From: an uncultured Dehalococcoidales bacterium
GTDB taxonomy: Bacteria > Chloroflexota > Dehalococcoidia > GIF9 > AB-539-J10
DNA length: 63,013 bases
Assembly (NCBI GenBank): GCA_964435965.1
Contig: CAYTBB010000002.1
Location: 1 to 63,013, forward strand
Direction: 5' to 3'
The position numbers and the translations under genes were made by a program. The notes under the pieces were generated by a model that worked only from the letters and a program-made list of their open reading frames with translations, did not search any database and was not told where the DNA came from. Positions within the stretch are counted from its first letter, which is position 1; every line of letters starts with the position of its first letter. Below, in pieces: positions 30,400 through 41,885 of the stretch.

Positions 30400-31025
30400 C
30401 TTGAATAATACTCAACGATAGCTTTCCCATCAAATTTGGGATCAGTGTCATCTTTCCCAGGCAAAGCTAGAACGCTGCCTGTCATTCCCTCTTCATCTAA
30501 ACTTAGCCAGCCAGGTGTAGCCTTCCCTTTAATTTCCTTGGCTAACCTTTGATAGTATTCAGTCCTTTTACTCGCCTCCCGCCACTCAATAACATCTCCT
30601 GACTTTACCAGACAGGAAGGTATATCTGTTCTGCGCCCATTAACGCGGATATGACCATGCTGAACTACTTGCCTAGCTTGGGCACGTGAATCAGCAAAAC
30701 TCAAACGGTAAACTACATTATCTAACCGCCTCTCCAACAATATAAGAAGGTTCTCCCTGGTAACACCGGAAGCCCTCATCGCTTCAGCGAAGAAACGGCG
30801 GAATTGCCGCTCCAGGACACCATAGCTAAAACGAACTTTTTGCTTTTCTCGCAATTGAAGCCCGCGATCGGAAATCTTACGCCGCCGCGCCGAGGAATGC
30901 CCTCCCGGAGGAATATTCCTCCTCTCTAGGGGGCACTTAGGGCTAGAACATTTCTCCCCCTTAAGCATCAGCTTCTCACCAAGATAACGACATAAACGAC
31001 AAGCTGGGCCCGTGTACCTTGCCAT
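30396..31025 (-). CDS. rpsD: 30S ribosomal protein S4
   Basis: MARYTGPACRLCR..., with zinc-type cysteines. Confidence 0.92.
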   Translation of the reverse strand: MARYTGPACRLCRYLGEKLMLKGEKCSSPKCPLERRNIPPGGHSSARRRKISDRGLQLREKQKVRFSYGVLERQFRRFFAEAMRASGVTRENLLILLERRLDNVVYRLSFADSRAQARQVVQHGHIRVNGRRTDIPSCLVKSGDVIEWREASKRTEYYQRLAKEIKGKATPGWLSLDEEGMTGSVLALPGKDDTDPKFDGKAIVEYYSR

Positions 31026-31027
31026 TT

Positions 31028-31417
31028 TTACACTCTCCTTCTTCCACGGGGACGACAGCCATCATGAGGAATAGGAGTCACATCTCTGATTCTGGTAATA
31101 GTGAGCCCGGAGGCCTGTAAAGCACGGATAGCTGCCTCACGCCCACTGCCAGGACCTTTAATGTAAACTTCAACTCGGCGTAGACCATCGCTGATTGCCC
31201 GCCGCGATGCCTCACGAGCGGCTAATTGAGCAGCATAAGGAGTACCCTTCCTTGAGCCTTTAAATCTGACGGTGCCCGAACTCCCCCAAGTAATAACATT
31301 GCCCTCCATATCAGTAATAGTAACAATAGTATTATTAAAAGTGGATTGGATATAAGCTTTGCCTTCGCTTATCCCTTTACGAGCCTTCTTTCCCGTCCTA
31401 GTTCCCTTTTTTGACAT
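31028..31417 (-). CDS. rpsK: 30S ribosomal protein S11
   Basis: ..[17 protein letters not shown] and ..[16 protein letters not shown]. Confidence 0.92.
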   Translation of the reverse strand: MSKKGTRTGKKARKGISEGKAYIQSTFNNTIVTITDMEGNVITWGSSGTVRFKGSRKGTPYAAQLAAREASRRAISDGLRRVEVYIKGPGSGREAAIRALQASGLTITRIRDVTPIPHDGCRPRGRRRV

Positions 31418-31456
31418 TTGCTACCTGATCCTTCGCTTTGCTTAGGATAAGCCTCC

Positions 31457-31846
31457 TTACTTCTTAGCTACACCGCGTCTCTGACCTCTGCCAGCCACCG
31501 TCTTCCTTTGGCCCCTTTTAGTGCGAGCATTGGTGCGTGTCCTTTGCCCATGAACTGGTAAATTCATGCGATACCTTATACCTCGAGAGCAACCAATATC
31601 AATAAGCCGCTTTATATTAAACTGAACTTCTCTCCTGAGGTCACCTTCCACCTTATATTGCTTATCAACAATACCCCTTAGCTGGCTAACCTGTTCCTCA
31701 GTAAGATTTTTAACTCTGATATTGGGGTCAACTTCAGCAGCAGTTAAAATCTGCTGACTTGCTGTCGCACCAATGCCATAAATGGATTGCAAAGCTACTT
31801 TAATTGGCTTATCTTTGGGAAGATCTAGCCCTGCGATACGCGCCAT
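31457..31846 (-). CDS. rpsM: 30S ribosomal protein S13
   Basis: [13 protein letters not shown]... and IYGIG. Confidence 0.92.
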   Translation of the reverse strand: MARIAGLDLPKDKPIKVALQSIYGIGATASQQILTAAEVDPNIRVKNLTEEQVSQLRGIVDKQYKVEGDLRREVQFNIKRLIDIGCSRGIRYRMNLPVHGQRTRTNARTKRGQRKTVAGRGQRRGVAKK

Positions 31847-31929
31847 TATCTACTCCTAACCTATAAAATTCTTTGATTTTGGCCGAGCTTGCGTTCCCAA
31901 GAAAATGCTGTGTATTTTCTTGGGCCGGG

Positions 31930-32043
31930 TTAACCTTGTCTCTGTTTATGCCTTGGATTCTCACAGACGACCCTAACAACGCCCTTCCTCCTGATAATCT
32001 TGCATTTACTACAACGACGCTTAACTGAAGCACTTACTTTCAT
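31930..32043 (-). CDS. rpmJ: 50S ribosomal protein L36 (too short for the ORF track)
   Basis: Hand translation gives [37 protein letters not shown]. It lies between infA and rpsM as expected. Confidence 0.88.
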   Translation of the reverse strand: MKVSASVKRRCSKCKIIRRKGVVRVVCENPRHKQRQG

Positions 32044-32107
32044 TCCCAATCACCAAAATAAAACCTTCTTATATTAAACTTTCCTGAACACCTTGTCAAA
32101 GCAAAAG

Positions 32108-32326
32108 CTACTTAAGCCGATAGGTAACCCGGCCGCGGCTCAAGTCATAAGGAGAAAGCTCCACTAAAACCCTATCCCCGGGCAGAATCTTAATATAATG
32201 CTTCCTCATCCTTCCTGAAATATGCGCCAATACCATATGGCTATTAGCTAACTCGACACGAAACATAGTGTTAGGTAAGCATGTAATTACTTTACCCTCA
32301 ACCTCTATCCTTTCCTTTTTAGCCAT
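32108..32326 (-). CDS. infA: translation initiation factor IF-1
   Basis: [40 protein letters not shown]. The start was trimmed to the ATG at 32326. Confidence 0.9.
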   Translation of the reverse strand: MAKKERIEVEGKVITCLPNTMFRVELANSHMVLAHISGRMRKHYIKILPGDRVLVELSPYDLSRGRVTYRLK

Positions 32327-32327
32327 C

Positions 32328-33065
32328 CTAAGCCAGTATCTCAGCTTCGCCATCAGTAATAGCAATGGTATGTTCAAAGTGCGCTGAAAGGCTTCCATCG
32401 ACTGTTAGCACCGTCCATTGGTTGGGAGCCAATCTAGTACGCCAATCTCCAGCATTGACCATGGGTTCAATAGCTAAGGTCATGCCCTTGCGGAGTAAGG
32501 ATCCTTTGCTAAAGGCAAAATTAGGTACCTGTGGCTCCTCATGCAATTCCCTGCCCACTCCGTGCCCAGTGTATTCTCTAACCACAGAAAACCCTCTTGA
32601 TTCAACGTAATTTTGAATAGCAGTCGAAATGTTCTCAACATGGGCTCCGCAGTTAGCTTGAGCAATGCCTACCCTTAAGCTGCCTTCAGTAACTGCTATA
32701 AGCTCCCTAGCTTGGGCGCTTACCTTGCCGACGCCAACCGTTATAGCGGCATCTGTGTGAAAGCTGTTATAGCTAACCCCCAAATCCAAAGAGACAATAT
32801 CCCCTTCCTTTAATATCCGCTCACCGGGAATGCCATGAACTACCTCATCATTCACAGAAACACATAAATTGGCCGGGAAGCCACGGTAGTTCTTAAAGGA
32901 AGGCTTAACCCCCCACCTCTGTGATTCTTTAGCCATGATTGTATCCAACTGGCAAGTTTTAACCCCTGGTTTTACTTCCATTCTCAATTCATCCAAAATA
33001 GCTGCTAAGATTTTGCCACATTGCCGCATAATAGCTACTTCCTCAGGAGACTTTATGATTATCAC
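32328..33065 (-). CDS. map: type I methionine aminopeptidase
   Basis: [38 protein letters not shown] and EHTIAIT. Confidence 0.9.
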   Translation of the reverse strand: MIIIKSPEEVAIMRQCGKILAAILDELRMEVKPGVKTCQLDTIMAKESQRWGVKPSFKNYRGFPANLCVSVNDEVVHGIPGERILKEGDIVSLDLGVSYNSFHTDAAITVGVGKVSAQARELIAVTEGSLRVGIAQANCGAHVENISTAIQNYVESRGFSVVREYTGHGVGRELHEEPQVPNFAFSKGSLLRKGMTLAIEPMVNAGDWRTRLAPNQWTVLTVDGSLSAHFEHTIAITDGEAEILA

Positions 33066-33714
33066 TTACTTCCCCTCTTAACACAGAGATTACTTCCCTG
33101 GCTACCTCTTGTATTCCTAAATTGCCATTGACCTCGATTAACTTGTTCTGCTTCCTATAATAATCAAGGATAGGAGCAGTCTGGGCAAAGAAAACTTCCA
33201 ATCGCTCCCTCACTGTCTCCTCATTATCATCGGGACGTTGGTACAATTCACCACCACACTTATCGCATTTCCCTTGTACTTTAGGTGGTGAAGTTACCAA
33301 GTGATATGGTGTTTGACAATTGCGACAAAGCCACCTTCCACTAAGGCGTTTCAAAAACTCTTCCTTAGTTACCTGAATATATATTGCTTTAGCGATACTT
33401 TTCCCTTGTTCAGCTAAGGCTTTGTCTAAAACTTCAGCTTGTTCTAAAGTTCGAGGGAAACCATCGAAAAGACAACCAGAGACACAATCAGGCAAGCTAA
33501 TCCTTTCCAGAACCATCCTGATCGCTATTTCATCAGGAACTAACCTTCCTTCTTCCATATAGGATTTGGCTAATAGCCCCAATTCTGACTTCTTCTCTAA
33601 TGCCTGCCGAAACAGGTCACCAGAAGCTATGCGCGGCAAATTCATCTCCCGGGACAGGATCCCTGCTTGGGTCCCCTTACCTGCTCCTGGGACCCCTAAG
33701 ATAATAATATACAT
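33043..33714 (-). CDS. adk: adenylate kinase (zinc-lid type)
   Basis: ILGVPGAGKGTQA P-loop. The lid has CRNC...CDKCGG. Confidence 0.92.
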   Translation of the reverse strand: MYIIILGVPGAGKGTQAGILSREMNLPRIASGDLFRQALEKKSELGLLAKSYMEEGRLVPDEIAIRMVLERISLPDCVSGCLFDGFPRTLEQAEVLDKALAEQGKSIAKAIYIQVTKEEFLKRLSGRWLCRNCQTPYHLVTSPPKVQGKCDKCGGELYQRPDDNEETVRERLEVFFAQTAPILDYYRKQNKLIEVNGNLGIQEVAREVISVLRGEVSDNHKVS

Positions 33715-33719
33715 CTCAT

Positions 33720-35045
33720 TTATTTTAGAAAACCTTCGTAGCGGCGCATAGTTAGCTGAGCTTCCAGTTGCTTCATAGTATCTAAGGCAACGCCAACGGC
33801 TATGAGCAAGGCAGTGCTGGAAATTGTCAAGATAGTGACGTTAGTAATTTCCCGGGCGATGAAAGGCATAATCGCTATTATGCCTAGAAAGAGAGCACCA
33901 CCAAAGGTAAGGTGCTTTATGACTCGATTCAAATAATCAGCAGTTGTCTTCCCTGGTCGAACCCCGGGGATAAAGCCACCCTGCTGCTGTAAAGTTCTAG
34001 GCAAGTTCATTTGTTCAAACATAATCATTGTGTAAAAGAAAGTGAAGCCAATTACTAAGGTGAAGTACAACCCCCAATAGATTAGACCCCCAGGGAGAGG
34101 AGCATCCATCCTAAAAAGGTTATAGATTGTGTTCCAGAAATTTGGATCCTGACCGGTAGGATTCATGAACCAAGTTGCTATTGTCGCTGGAAACTGCATC
34201 AGAGCAATAGCGAAAATAATGGGGATCATTCCAGAAGTATTTACCCGCAGTGGAATATGAGTTGACCCTGATTGTCGATACATACGGCCACTGCGAAAAG
34301 TACTGCGCGCGTATTGAACAGGGATACGGCGATGAGCTTCGATAAACATAACTATAAAAACCAAAGTGGCCAAGCCAAGTATCATAAAAGTAATCAGGCC
34401 CAAAGGATCCTCCTTAGCCAAAAAACCACGCCCAATCATGTCGGGTAGACTAGCTACAATGCCACCGAAAATTATTATCGATATTCCGTTACCGATGCCT
34501 CGCTCAGTGATTAATTCGCCCAGCCAGACAAGAAATACTGTGCCAGCAGTGACCGAGAGCACGGTAGCGGCAGTAACTGGAGCTTCGAGGTATCCAATGA
34601 CATTTTGACTGTGCAGTAAGGCTAGCTGACCATAGCCTGACAGAGCAGCCAAAGGCACAGTAAGCAAATGGGTAATGCGATTTATCTTGCGTTGACCAAC
34701 TTCTCCCTCTTGAGCAATGCTCTGAAGCCTGGGGATAACTGGAACCAATAGCTGCATAATGATAGAAGCAGTAATGTAAGGATAAACACCCAAGGCAGCC
34801 ACACTAAAATTCCTCATAGCACCACCGCTGAAGAGGTCAAGCATGCCTAAAAGCTGATTCTGCTCAAATGTTTCGGCAAGTTTTTGCAAAACTTCAGTGG
34901 TTACCATAGGTGCAGGAACATGAACCATAAAGCGGAAAACCACCAAGATACCAAGGGTAAAGAGGAGCCTTCGCCTCAAATCTGGCAATGTGAAAATAGC
35001 CATCATTGCCTGGATGAGGCGTGGTTGATTTTCTCGACGCTGCAT
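33720..35045 (-). CDS. secY: preprotein translocase subunit SecY
   Basis: 441-aa multi-TM protein with GISIIIFGGI. End-of-spc-operon position. Confidence 0.92.
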   Translation of the reverse strand: MQRRENQPRLIQAMMAIFTLPDLRRRLLFTLGILVVFRFMVHVPAPMVTTEVLQKLAETFEQNQLLGMLDLFSGGAMRNFSVAALGVYPYITASIIMQLLVPVIPRLQSIAQEGEVGQRKINRITHLLTVPLAALSGYGQLALLHSQNVIGYLEAPVTAATVLSVTAGTVFLVWLGELITERGIGNGISIIIFGGIVASLPDMIGRGFLAKEDPLGLITFMILGLATLVFIVMFIEAHRRIPVQYARSTFRSGRMYRQSGSTHIPLRVNTSGMIPIIFAIALMQFPATIATWFMNPTGQDPNFWNTIYNLFRMDAPLPGGLIYWGLYFTLVIGFTFFYTMIMFEQMNLPRTLQQQGGFIPGVRPGKTTADYLNRVIKHLTFGGALFLGIIAIMPFIAREITNVTILTISSTALLIAVGVALDTMKQLEAQLTMRRYEGFLK

Positions 35046-35046
35046 T

Positions 35047-35490
35047 CTAAGCCCTCTCTACCTTTCCCCCTGCAGCGACAATCTTCTTCTCCGCAGCAAC
35101 AGAGAATTTGTCAGCCTTGACTAACACTGGGTGACGAATATCACCATCACCAAGAATTTTAACCGGATGAGCAAGAGACTTAATTAATCCTGCTTTAAGC
35201 AGTCCCTCTGGATTTACCTCGCTTCCCGGTGGGAAAATACTAAGCTTACCCACATTTACAGTATTATATTCGGTTTTAAAGATGTTAGTGAAACCCCTTT
35301 TTCTTGGCAGTCGTTTTATGAGAGGCAACTGACCACCTTCAAACCCAAGACGCACACCACCTCCAGAGCGAGCTTTTTGCCCTTTGCAACCTCGCCCGGA
35401 ATAAGTGCCATGCCCGCTACCATCCCCTCGGCCTACACGCTTCCTCCCATGCTTAGCACCTAAAGGAGATCTTAATTCATTCTGTCTCAT
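35047..35490 (-). CDS. rplO: 50S ribosomal protein L15
   Basis: [34 protein letters not shown]. The start was trimmed. It overlaps the rpsE 3' end, leaving no room for rpmD. Confidence 0.88.
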   Translation of the reverse strand: MRQNELRSPLGAKHGRKRVGRGDGSGHGTYSGRGCKGQKARSGGGVRLGFEGGQLPLIKRLPRKRGFTNIFKTEYNTVNVGKLSIFPPGSEVNPEGLLKAGLIKSLAHPVKILGDGDIRHPVLVKADKFSVAAEKKIVAAGGKVERA

Positions 35491-36007
35491 TTCCCTTAAC
35501 CTTTTGAGCCTCAAGGTTTGCCCCTTTGCGTTTCCTTAAGCTAGCCAAAGCAAGCATGGTCGCCTTGACCACATTAACCTTGTTACCACTACCCAGAGAT
35601 TTACTAATAATGTCTTTTATGCCTGCCAATTCAAGCACTGCCCGAACTGTATTGCTAGCAACCATGCCAGTGCCATATGCCGCTGGTTTAAGTAAAATCT
35701 TAGACGCCTCAAACTTAGCTAAAACCTCATGAGAAATAGTAGTGTTCACAATGGGTACTTCAATCAGCTCTTTCCGCGCTACAGCGCCAGCCTTATGGAT
35801 TGCCTCAGGAACACCAGTTGCTTTAGCCAAACCAACACCTACGTGCCCTTTGCCATCACCAACTACCATTAAGGCTCGGAAATGAAGCCGCCTGCCCCCT
35901 TTAACCACTTTGGTTACGCGATCAATAGCTATTAATTTCTCCTCAAGCTCCAAATCTGAAGCATCGACTTTAGCCCTTTTGCCAATCACTTTAGTAACCG
36001 CTTTCAT
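35477..36007 (-). CDS. rpsE: 30S ribosomal protein S5
   Basis: ..[32 protein letters not shown].. Confidence 0.92.
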   Translation of the reverse strand: MKAVTKVIGKRAKVDASDLELEEKLIAIDRVTKVVKGGRRLHFRALMVVGDGKGHVGVGLAKATGVPEAIHKAGAVARKELIEVPIVNTTISHEVLAKFEASKILLKPAAYGTGMVASNTVRAVLELAGIKDIISKSLGSGNKVNVVKATMLALASLRKRKGANLEAQKVKGNETE

Positions 36008-36018
36008 AGTGCATCAAC

Positions 36019-36390
36019 TCAAAATTCTAACCCAACTTGCCTAGCAGCGTCAGCCAGAGCCTTGATTCTACCGTGATATTTATAACCACGTCGATCAAAA
36101 ACCACGCAACTGATCCTTCCATCTAATGCTTTTTGAGCAAGCATCGAACCAACAAGCTCAGCTTTCTTCACTTTCAGCATCCCTCCAACCTTGTCTCTCA
36201 CTTCAGGATCAAGGGTGCTCATTGAAACTAAGGTTTGCCCTCTAGAATCATCGATAATCTGGGCATAAATATGATTCAAACTTCGAAAGACGCATAACCG
36301 TGGTCGCAAGGCAGTACCAATTACTTTTTCCCTTACTCTCCTATGCCGTACTTTTTGAGCTAGCCTTGAATCCATGTTAGTTGACTGCAT
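36019..36390 (-). CDS. rplR: 50S ribosomal protein L18
   Basis: ..[20 protein letters not shown].. Confidence 0.9.
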   Translation of the reverse strand: MQSTNMDSRLAQKVRHRRVREKVIGTALRPRLCVFRSLNHIYAQIIDDSRGQTLVSMSTLDPEVRDKVGGMLKVKKAELVGSMLAQKALDGRISCVVFDRRGYKYHGRIKALADAARQVGLEF

Positions 36391-36393
36391 CCA

Positions 36394-36942
36394 CTATTCT
36401 TTGGATACCTTACCCACCTTACCAGGTTTAAGATGTAGCTTCTCCTCAGCGAATTTGATCCCCTTCCCTTTATAGTGATCAGCAGGGCGTATTGCCCGAA
36501 TCCTAGCTGTTACCTCCCCAACAATTTCTTTATCACTGCCACTGATATGAATGCGATTTGCCCCCTCAATAGTCGCATTGATACCAGAAGGAAGAGGAAA
36601 CTCTACAGGGTGACCATATCCAACTCGAAGTAACAACTTGTCATCAACTTTTTGTGCTCTATAGCCTACGCCGTTTATTTCTAAGACTCGCTCAAAACCT
36701 TTGCTCACTCCTTCAACCATATTGGCCAAAAGGCCACGAGTAAGCCCATGCAGAGCGCGATGGGGCCTGCTATTGCTAGTTCGTGTCACAATCAACTTCC
36801 CTTCTTTCAAAGCAATAGAAATATGAGGAGAAAAATATCGATGTAGCTCTCCCTTATCTCCTTTTACTGTGACCTCATTCCCTTCAACTTGTACCTCGAC
36901 ACCTCGAGGTACAAGGATAGGAAGTAGACCAATTCGAGACAT
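36394..36942 (-). CDS. rplF: 50S ribosomal protein L6
   Basis: MSRIGLLPILVPRGVEVQVEGNEVTVKGDKGEL. Confidence 0.92.
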   Translation of the reverse strand: MSRIGLLPILVPRGVEVQVEGNEVTVKGDKGELHRYFSPHISIALKEGKLIVTRTSNSRPHRALHGLTRGLLANMVEGVSKGFERVLEINGVGYRAQKVDDKLLLRVGYGHPVEFPLPSGINATIEGANRIHISGSDKEIVGEVTARIRAIRPADHYKGKGIKFAEEKLHLKPGKVGKVSKE

Positions 36943-36961
36943 TCACTTCTCCTAAGTTAAC

Positions 36962-37357
36962 CTACCATATGTAGCATAAAACTTCACCGCCAAGGTGACG
37001 CCGCCATGCCTCTTGACCAGTCATGATGCCTTTAGGTGTAGATAAGATAGCAATGCCCAAACCACCGTAGGCGCGTGGAATTTCACGCTTTCCGACATAA
37101 ACCCTCAAGCCAGGTTTGCTCGCCCGCTCTAACCCTAATAGGGCTGGTTGGCCGTTGACATACTTAAGTCGGATTTTTATCATTGGCTCTAGTTTACCTC
37201 TAAGCACCTCATAATCATTAATAAAACCTTCCTCTTTAAGGATTTTAGCGATGGAGAGCTTTACTCGAGACAAAGGCACTAGCACATCATCATGGCCTGC
37301 CATGATAGCATTGCGAATCCGAGTCAGCATATCAGCAATGGGATCGGTAACTGTCAT
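36962..37357 (-). CDS. rpsH: 30S ribosomal protein S8
   Basis: [13 protein letters not shown]. Confidence 0.92.
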   Translation of the reverse strand: MTVTDPIADMLTRIRNAIMAGHDDVLVPLSRVKLSIAKILKEEGFINDYEVLRGKLEPMIKIRLKYVNGQPALLGLERASKPGLRVYVGKREIPRAYGGLGIAILSTPKGIMTGQEAWRRHLGGEVLCYIW

Positions 37358-37366
37358 CGAAACTCC

Positions 37367-37552
37367 TTACCAGCTCGACTTCCTTACTCCTGGGATTTCA
37401 CCAGTTAGGGCGAGTTTTCGAAAGCAAATACGGCATAGACCGAATTTACGCATATAAGCACGTGGCCTGCCACACAATTGACAGCGATTACGTTGTTGCA
37501 CCTTATATTTTGGTGCTCGTTTTGATTTCGCAATCTTAGATACTTTTGCCAT
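37367..37552 (-). CDS. rpsN: 30S ribosomal protein S14 type Z (zinc-binding, 61 aa)
   Basis: [45 protein letters not shown]. The start was trimmed from the 87-aa track ORF. Confidence 0.9.
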   Translation of the reverse strand: MAKVSKIAKSKRAPKYKVQQRNRCQLCGRPRAYMRKFGLCRICFRKLALTGEIPGVRKSSW

Positions 37553-37568
37553 CTCCAGTTCCTTCGCT

Positions 37569-38120
37569 TCACGTAGGACTTCGCCTAAAGGGCATACCCA
37601 TGAGTTCCAGCAAACTCCTGGCTTCATCATCGTCCTTAGCCGTAATAACTATGGTCACTTGGAGACCACGAACTTTATCCACCTTACTATAGTCAATTTC
37701 AGGGAAAACTATCTGCTCTTTTATGCCTAAATTGTAATTACCTTGCCCGTCAAAGGAATCCCTTGGTATACCTCGGAAGTCACGAAAACGCGGTAGAACA
37801 ATATTAACCAACTTGTCAAAAAAATCGTACATCCGTTTACCTCGCAGCGTCACCATCATTCCAATAGGCATGCCAGTTCTCAGCTTAAAGGAAGCAATAG
37901 ACTTCTTAGCTCGCGCGATCACTGGATGTTGTCCAGAGATTATAGTTAAGTCCCCCTCCGCTGCTTCAAGAGCTTTAGGGTTTTGTATTGCTTCGCCCAA
38001 GCCAATGCTAAGCACAATCTTTTCTAGCCTTGGCAGTTGCATGACATTAGTGTAGCCAAGCCTAGCTTTGAGCTCCGGGGCCACCTCTGTCAAATACTTT
38101 ACTTTCAACCCAGATGTCAT
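37569..38120 (-). CDS. rplE: 50S ribosomal protein L5
   Basis: [40 protein letters not shown] aligns colinearly with known L5 N-termini. The TTG at 38138 is an alternative start. Confidence 0.9.
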   Translation of the reverse strand: MTSGLKVKYLTEVAPELKARLGYTNVMQLPRLEKIVLSIGLGEAIQNPKALEAAEGDLTIISGQHPVIARAKKSIASFKLRTGMPIGMMVTLRGKRMYDFFDKLVNIVLPRFRDFRGIPRDSFDGQGNYNLGIKEQIVFPEIDYSKVDKVRGLQVTIVITAKDDDEARSLLELMGMPFRRSPT

Positions 38121-38130
38121 AATTAGCCTG

Positions 38131-38442
38131 TCAGTCAATCACTTCACCACAAGAGCGACAAACCCGCACCCGCCGTCCATCATCAAGAGAACAAAACCCG
38201 ACTCGTGCAGGCTTACCGCACTTACTGCACAGCAACATTACATTAGATACATGAAGGGGGGCTTCAAGCTCGATTATACCAGCTTGCCGAGCTCCACCTC
38301 GGGTTCGAGAATGCCGCTTAATAATATTAAGCCCCTTCACCACTACTTTATCTTCTTTAGGGAGAACACGATGCACCCCTCCCTTTTTCCCTATGTCCTT
38401 GCCAGCAATAATGACAACAGTATCACCCTTTCTAATTTTCAT
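38131..38442 (-). CDS. rplX: 50S ribosomal protein L24
   Basis: [21 protein letters not shown]. Confidence 0.9.
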   Translation of the reverse strand: MKIRKGDTVVIIAGKDIGKKGGVHRVLPKEDKVVVKGLNIIKRHSRTRGGARQAGIIELEAPLHVSNVMLLCSKCGKPARVGFCSLDDGRRVRVCRSCGEVID

Positions 38443-38443
38443 C

Positions 38444-38812
38444 TCACACAACCTCCGGGGCTAAGGAGATTATCTTGGTATAATTCTTGCTTCTAAGTTC
38501 TCGGGCTACGGGGCCAAAAATGCGACTCCCTTTAGGATTATTCTTATCACCCAGAATAACCGCGGCATTTTCATCAAATCTGATATAGGAGCCGTCAAGT
38601 CGGCGATAAGGCTTAGCAACACGTACAACTACAGCTCGCACCACCTCACCCGCCTTTACCATCCCACGCGGCATAGCTTGTTTCACCGTAACCACAACGA
38701 CGTCACCAACATATGCATATCTCCTTCTAGTCCCACCAAGTACATTGATACACATAATTTGTTTCGCCCCTGTATTATCAGCTACTTTAAGTCTGGTGTA
38801 AGTCTGAATCAT
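38444..38812 (-). CDS. rplN: 50S ribosomal protein L14
   Basis: [17 protein letters not shown]. Confidence 0.93.
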   Translation of the reverse strand: MIQTYTRLKVADNTGAKQIMCINVLGGTRRRYAYVGDVVVVTVKQAMPRGMVKAGEVVRAVVVRVAKPYRRLDGSYIRFDENAAVILGDKNNPKGSRIFGPVARELRSKNYTKIISLAPEVV

Positions 38813-39101
38813 CTTTATCTACTTTCAACTGGTCCGCTTCAACTGATTTACTTTTGGATATAATCTCTATGACGCGCCATCGTTTCTCTTTAGACAAAGG
38901 GCGTGTCTCCAAAATCTTCACCCTGTCTCCAACTTTACAGACATTGGCTTCATCATGAACTTTATATTTCTTAGTGCGCTTGATAGCCTTTTTATAAAGC
39001 GGATGACGCCTTAAAGTTTCCACCGCTACTACCACAGTTTTGTCCATCTTATCACTTACTACTTGCCCAATTCTAACTTTTCTTTTCCCGATATAGCTCA
39101 T
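38787..39101 (-). CDS. rpsQ: 30S ribosomal protein S17 (C-terminal tail longer than usual)
   Basis: ..[23 protein letters not shown]...KYKVHDE.. Confidence 0.88.
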   Translation of the reverse strand: MSYIGKRKVRIGQVVSDKMDKTVVVAVETLRRHPLYKKAIKRTKKYKVHDEANVCKVGDRVKILETRPLSKEKRWRVIEIISKSKSVEADQLKVDKDDSDLHQT

Positions 39102-39295
39102 CTTATGCCAAGCTCTCTTTCCGCTAAAATAGTTTTCATCCTGGCAATCTTCTTTTTAACTCTAGGAATCTCACGGTGGTTGACCAGCTGCCGAGTTGCC
39201 AGTTGAAAACGGAGATTAAAAAGCTCTTCATGAGCCTCTTCTAGCTTTTTTAGCAGCTCCTCGTTGCTGAGAACACGAATTTGATCAACTTTCAA
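39098..39295 (-). CDS. rpmC: 50S ribosomal protein L29
   Basis: ..[30 protein letters not shown]. Confidence 0.9.
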   Translation of the reverse strand: MKVDQIRVLSNEELLKKLEEAHEELFNLRFQLATRQLVNHREIPRVKKKIARMKTILAERELGIR

Positions 39296-39707
39296 CTTTG
39301 CCCTCCCTCACTGCAAAGCTAGCCGCAATAGGAAGCTTATCGCCAGCAAGATGCACTGCCTCTCGAGCTGCGCTCTCACTTATGCCCCCTAACTCAAACA
39401 TGATTCTGCCTCGCTTAACCACAGCTACCCAATGATCGGGAGCACCTTTACCACCACCCATCCTCGTTTCCGCTGGTTTCTTAGTCACAACCTTGTCCGG
39501 GAAAATACGTATCCACACCCGACCCCCACGTCGCAAATAGCGCACCAAGACGCGGCGTGTTGCTTCAATTTGCCTTGCCGTCACCCAAGCAGACTCCTCA
39601 GCCCTCAAGGCAAAATCACCAAAAACAATAGTATCCCCACTGTGAGCTCTGCCCTTTAGTCGTCCACGGTGAACTTTACGATACTTCACTCGTTTCGGCT
39701 GTAACAC
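39285..39707 (-). CDS. rplP: 50S ribosomal protein L16
   Basis: (V)[21 protein letters not shown] start at 39707 with GAGGAG upstream. It overlaps the rpsC 3' end. Confidence 0.88.
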   Translation of the reverse strand: MLQPKRVKYRKVHRGRLKGRAHSGDTIVFGDFALRAEESAWVTARQIEATRRVLVRYLRRGGRVWIRIFPDKVVTKKPAETRMGGGKGAPDHWVAVVKRGRIMFELGGISESAAREAVHLAGDKLPIAASFAVREGKVES

Positions 39708-40347
39708 TTTCTCTCCTCGTCTTAGAAGCAATATCGCCTTTATAAATCCACACCTTGACTCCAATACGCCCCATCACAGTACGAGCTTCGACAAAACCAT
39801 AACTAATATCGGCACACAATTTATGCAATGGCATTTGACCTTGATGAAGGCTCCAACATCTAGCAATTTCAGCCCCACCAAGCCTCCCAGCACATCTTAT
39901 CTTTATCCCTTTGGCACCAGCCTGCATGGTTCGAAAGGCAGCTTGTTTCATTACTCGACGGTAGGGTATCCTGCCTTCAACTCGCTTAGCTATGCTTTGA
40001 GCCAGTAAACAAGCTTCAAGTTCAGGATGCTCAACTTCTCTGATAGTCAATCTAACTCTCTCACCGCTAATCTTTTCCAATTCTGACCTTAGTGCTTCTA
40101 CATTTTGCCCTCCCCGACCAATCAAAATGCCAGGATGGGCAGAATAAAGAGTCAAACACAGCTCACCCCCTGGCCGTTCGATTTCCGCCCGAACAACACC
40201 TCCCTCTGGACACTTTCGTTCAATAGCTCTACGTAGCCTTAGATCACTCTGCAAAAAACGAGTATAGTTCTTTTCAGCATACCACTTAGCTGACCAATCA
40301 CGAGTAATGCCTAATCTGAACCCATAAGGATGAACTTTTTGTCCCAA
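39676..40347 (-). CDS. rpsC: 30S ribosomal protein S3
   Basis: [15 protein letters not shown]. Confidence 0.93.
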   Translation of the reverse strand: MGQKVHPYGFRLGITRDWSAKWYAEKNYTRFLQSDLRLRRAIERKCPEGGVVRAEIERPGGELCLTLYSAHPGILIGRGGQNVEALRSELEKISGERVRLTIREVEHPELEACLLAQSIAKRVEGRIPYRRVMKQAAFRTMQAGAKGIKIRCAGRLGGAEIARCWSLHQGQMPLHKLCADISYGFVEARTVMGRIGVKVWIYKGDIASKTRRESVTAETSEVS

Positions 40348-40349
40348 AA

Positions 40350-40685
40350 TTACTCCCTCTCCTCAACAAAAACTGTAATATGGCTAGATCGCTTCAAAAT
40401 AGGGCTCACCCGCCCTCTTGCCTTGGGACGAAACCTCTTTAAAGTATGTCCTTGGTCAGCAAAGATGTCACTGATTCTAAGATCGGTAGGCGACATCTGA
40501 AAATTGTTCTCAGCGTTAGCCGCCGCTGATTTAATTACTTTAGCCACAGCTTTCGCTGAAGGAGTAGGCAAAAATTTGAGAATAGTCAAGGCTTCATCAA
40601 CTTTTTTGTCTCTAACCATATCTATCACCAAACGAACTTTCCGAGGTGAAATACCAATATCTTTAGCTACCGCTCTTACTTTCAT
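40350..40685 (-). CDS. rplV: 50S ribosomal protein L22
   Basis: ..ISPRKVRLVIDMVR.K.V.EAL.IL. Confidence 0.92.
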   Translation of the reverse strand: MKVRAVAKDIGISPRKVRLVIDMVRDKKVDEALTILKFLPTPSAKAVAKVIKSAAANAENNFQMSPTDLRISDIFADQGHTLKRFRPKARGRVSPILKRSSHITVFVEERE

Positions 40686-40691
40686 TAGGAC

Positions 40692-40979
40692 TTATTTCCT
40701 TTCCTGCACGGTTACTTTAGCTCTAGTAACATGCCCTCTAAATGTACGAGTAGGCACAAACTCAGCCAACTTATGCCCCACCATATTCTCAGTGATAAAA
40801 ATGGGCACGTGCTTCCTGCCATTATGCACCGCAATTGTGTGCCCTATCATCTGCGGCAAAATAGTAGAGGCACGAGACCAGGTCTTTATCACTGCTTTCT
40901 CCCCTGAACTATTGAGCGTCTCTATCCTCTTAAGTAATTTAGCATCACAATAGGGACCCTTTTTAAGCGACCGTGACAT
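40692..40979 (-). CDS. rpsS: 30S ribosomal protein S19
   Basis: [12 protein letters not shown].. and [29 protein letters not shown]. The start was trimmed. Confidence 0.92.
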   Translation of the reverse strand: MSRSLKKGPYCDAKLLKRIETLNSSGEKAVIKTWSRASTILPQMIGHTIAVHNGRKHVPIFITENMVGHKLAEFVPTRTFRGHVTRAKVTVQERK

Positions 40980-40980
40980 T

Positions 40981-41799
40981 CTATTTCCTCCGCTTAACAA
41001 TCATTTTGTCTGATACCTTACGGCGACGCGTCTTATGGCCTAAGGCTGGCTTCCCCCAAGGTGTTTTGGGAGGCATCCCTCGTGGAGCTCTGCCTTCACC
41101 ACCCCCATGAGGATGATCTCGAGGGCTCATAGCAGATCCTCGAACTGAAGGACGTATACCCAACCACCGGTTACATCCAGCTTTCCCTAATCTTATATTC
41201 TTGTGGTCAATATTGCCTATCTGGCCAATAGTAGCCCAGCATTTATGGTGAAATTTGCGCAATTCTCCTGAAGGGAGTCTAAGTAAAACATAATTATCTT
41301 CCTTACTCATAATTTGAGCCGCACTTCCAGCACTGTGAACAAGCTGCCCGCCTTTACCGGGCTCAAACTCAACATTATGAACTAGAGTGCCCACGGGGAT
41401 TAAGCCCAGTGGCAAGGCATTGCCAGACTTTATCTCAACCTCATCCCCTGCCTTTATAGTATCGCCTATCTCAAGACCCAAAGGGGCAAGGATATAGCGT
41501 TTTTCCCCATCAACATAGTGAATTAAAGCAATTCGAGCTAACCTGTTAGGGTCATATTCAATAGAGGCTACCTTTCCAGGGATACCAATCTTATCTCTCT
41601 TAAAATCGATAAGACGAAGTTTGCGCTTACTTCCCCCACCTCGATGACGCACTGTTATCACACCGCGATTATTGCGTCCCGCCTTCCTCTTCAATGATAC
41701 AAGCAAGGACCTCTCAGGAGCCACCTTGCTTAGCTCCTCAAAAGTGGCACTAACCTTCCCTCTCCTGCTTGGAGAAGTTGGCTTATAAGTCTTCAACAT
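40981..41799 (-). CDS. rplB: 50S ribosomal protein L2
   Basis: [14 protein letters not shown].., RHRGGG and [12 protein letters not shown]. Confidence 0.93.
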   Translation of the reverse strand: MLKTYKPTSPSRRGKVSATFEELSKVAPERSLLVSLKRKAGRNNRGVITVRHRGGGSKRKLRLIDFKRDKIGIPGKVASIEYDPNRLARIALIHYVDGEKRYILAPLGLEIGDTIKAGDEVEIKSGNALPLGLIPVGTLVHNVEFEPGKGGQLVHSAGSAAQIMSKEDNYVLLRLPSGELRKFHHKCWATIGQIGNIDHKNIRLGKAGCNRWLGIRPSVRGSAMSPRDHPHGGGEGRAPRGMPPKTPWGKPALGHKTRRRKVSDKMIVKRRK

Positions 41800-41822
41800 T
41801 ACAGATCATCTCCAATTCTTCC

Positions 41823-41885
41823 TTACGGATGCCTTCTTTGCCAACGAGTCTTCTTAAGAAGCTTCTTATGTTGATGCTTCGACAT
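41823..41885 (-). CDS. 20-aa highly basic micro-ORF in the rplW-rplB gap, a possible bS22-like small ribosomal protein
   Basis: Hand translation gives MSKHQHKKLLKKTRWQRRHP. GGAG lies 10 nt upstream of the ATG. The ORF sits in an atypical 193-nt gap inside the S10 operon. It resembles, from memory, the C-terminal part of actinobacterial bS22. Confidence 0.45.
   Translation of the reverse strand: MSKHQHKKLLKKTRWQRRHP

Noticed and set aside
31809-32033. 74-aa - strand ORF between infA and rpsM.
   Set aside because: A different frame of the same strand encodes a textbook L36 ([21 protein letters not shown]...). The 74-aa ORF is an out-of-frame artefact.
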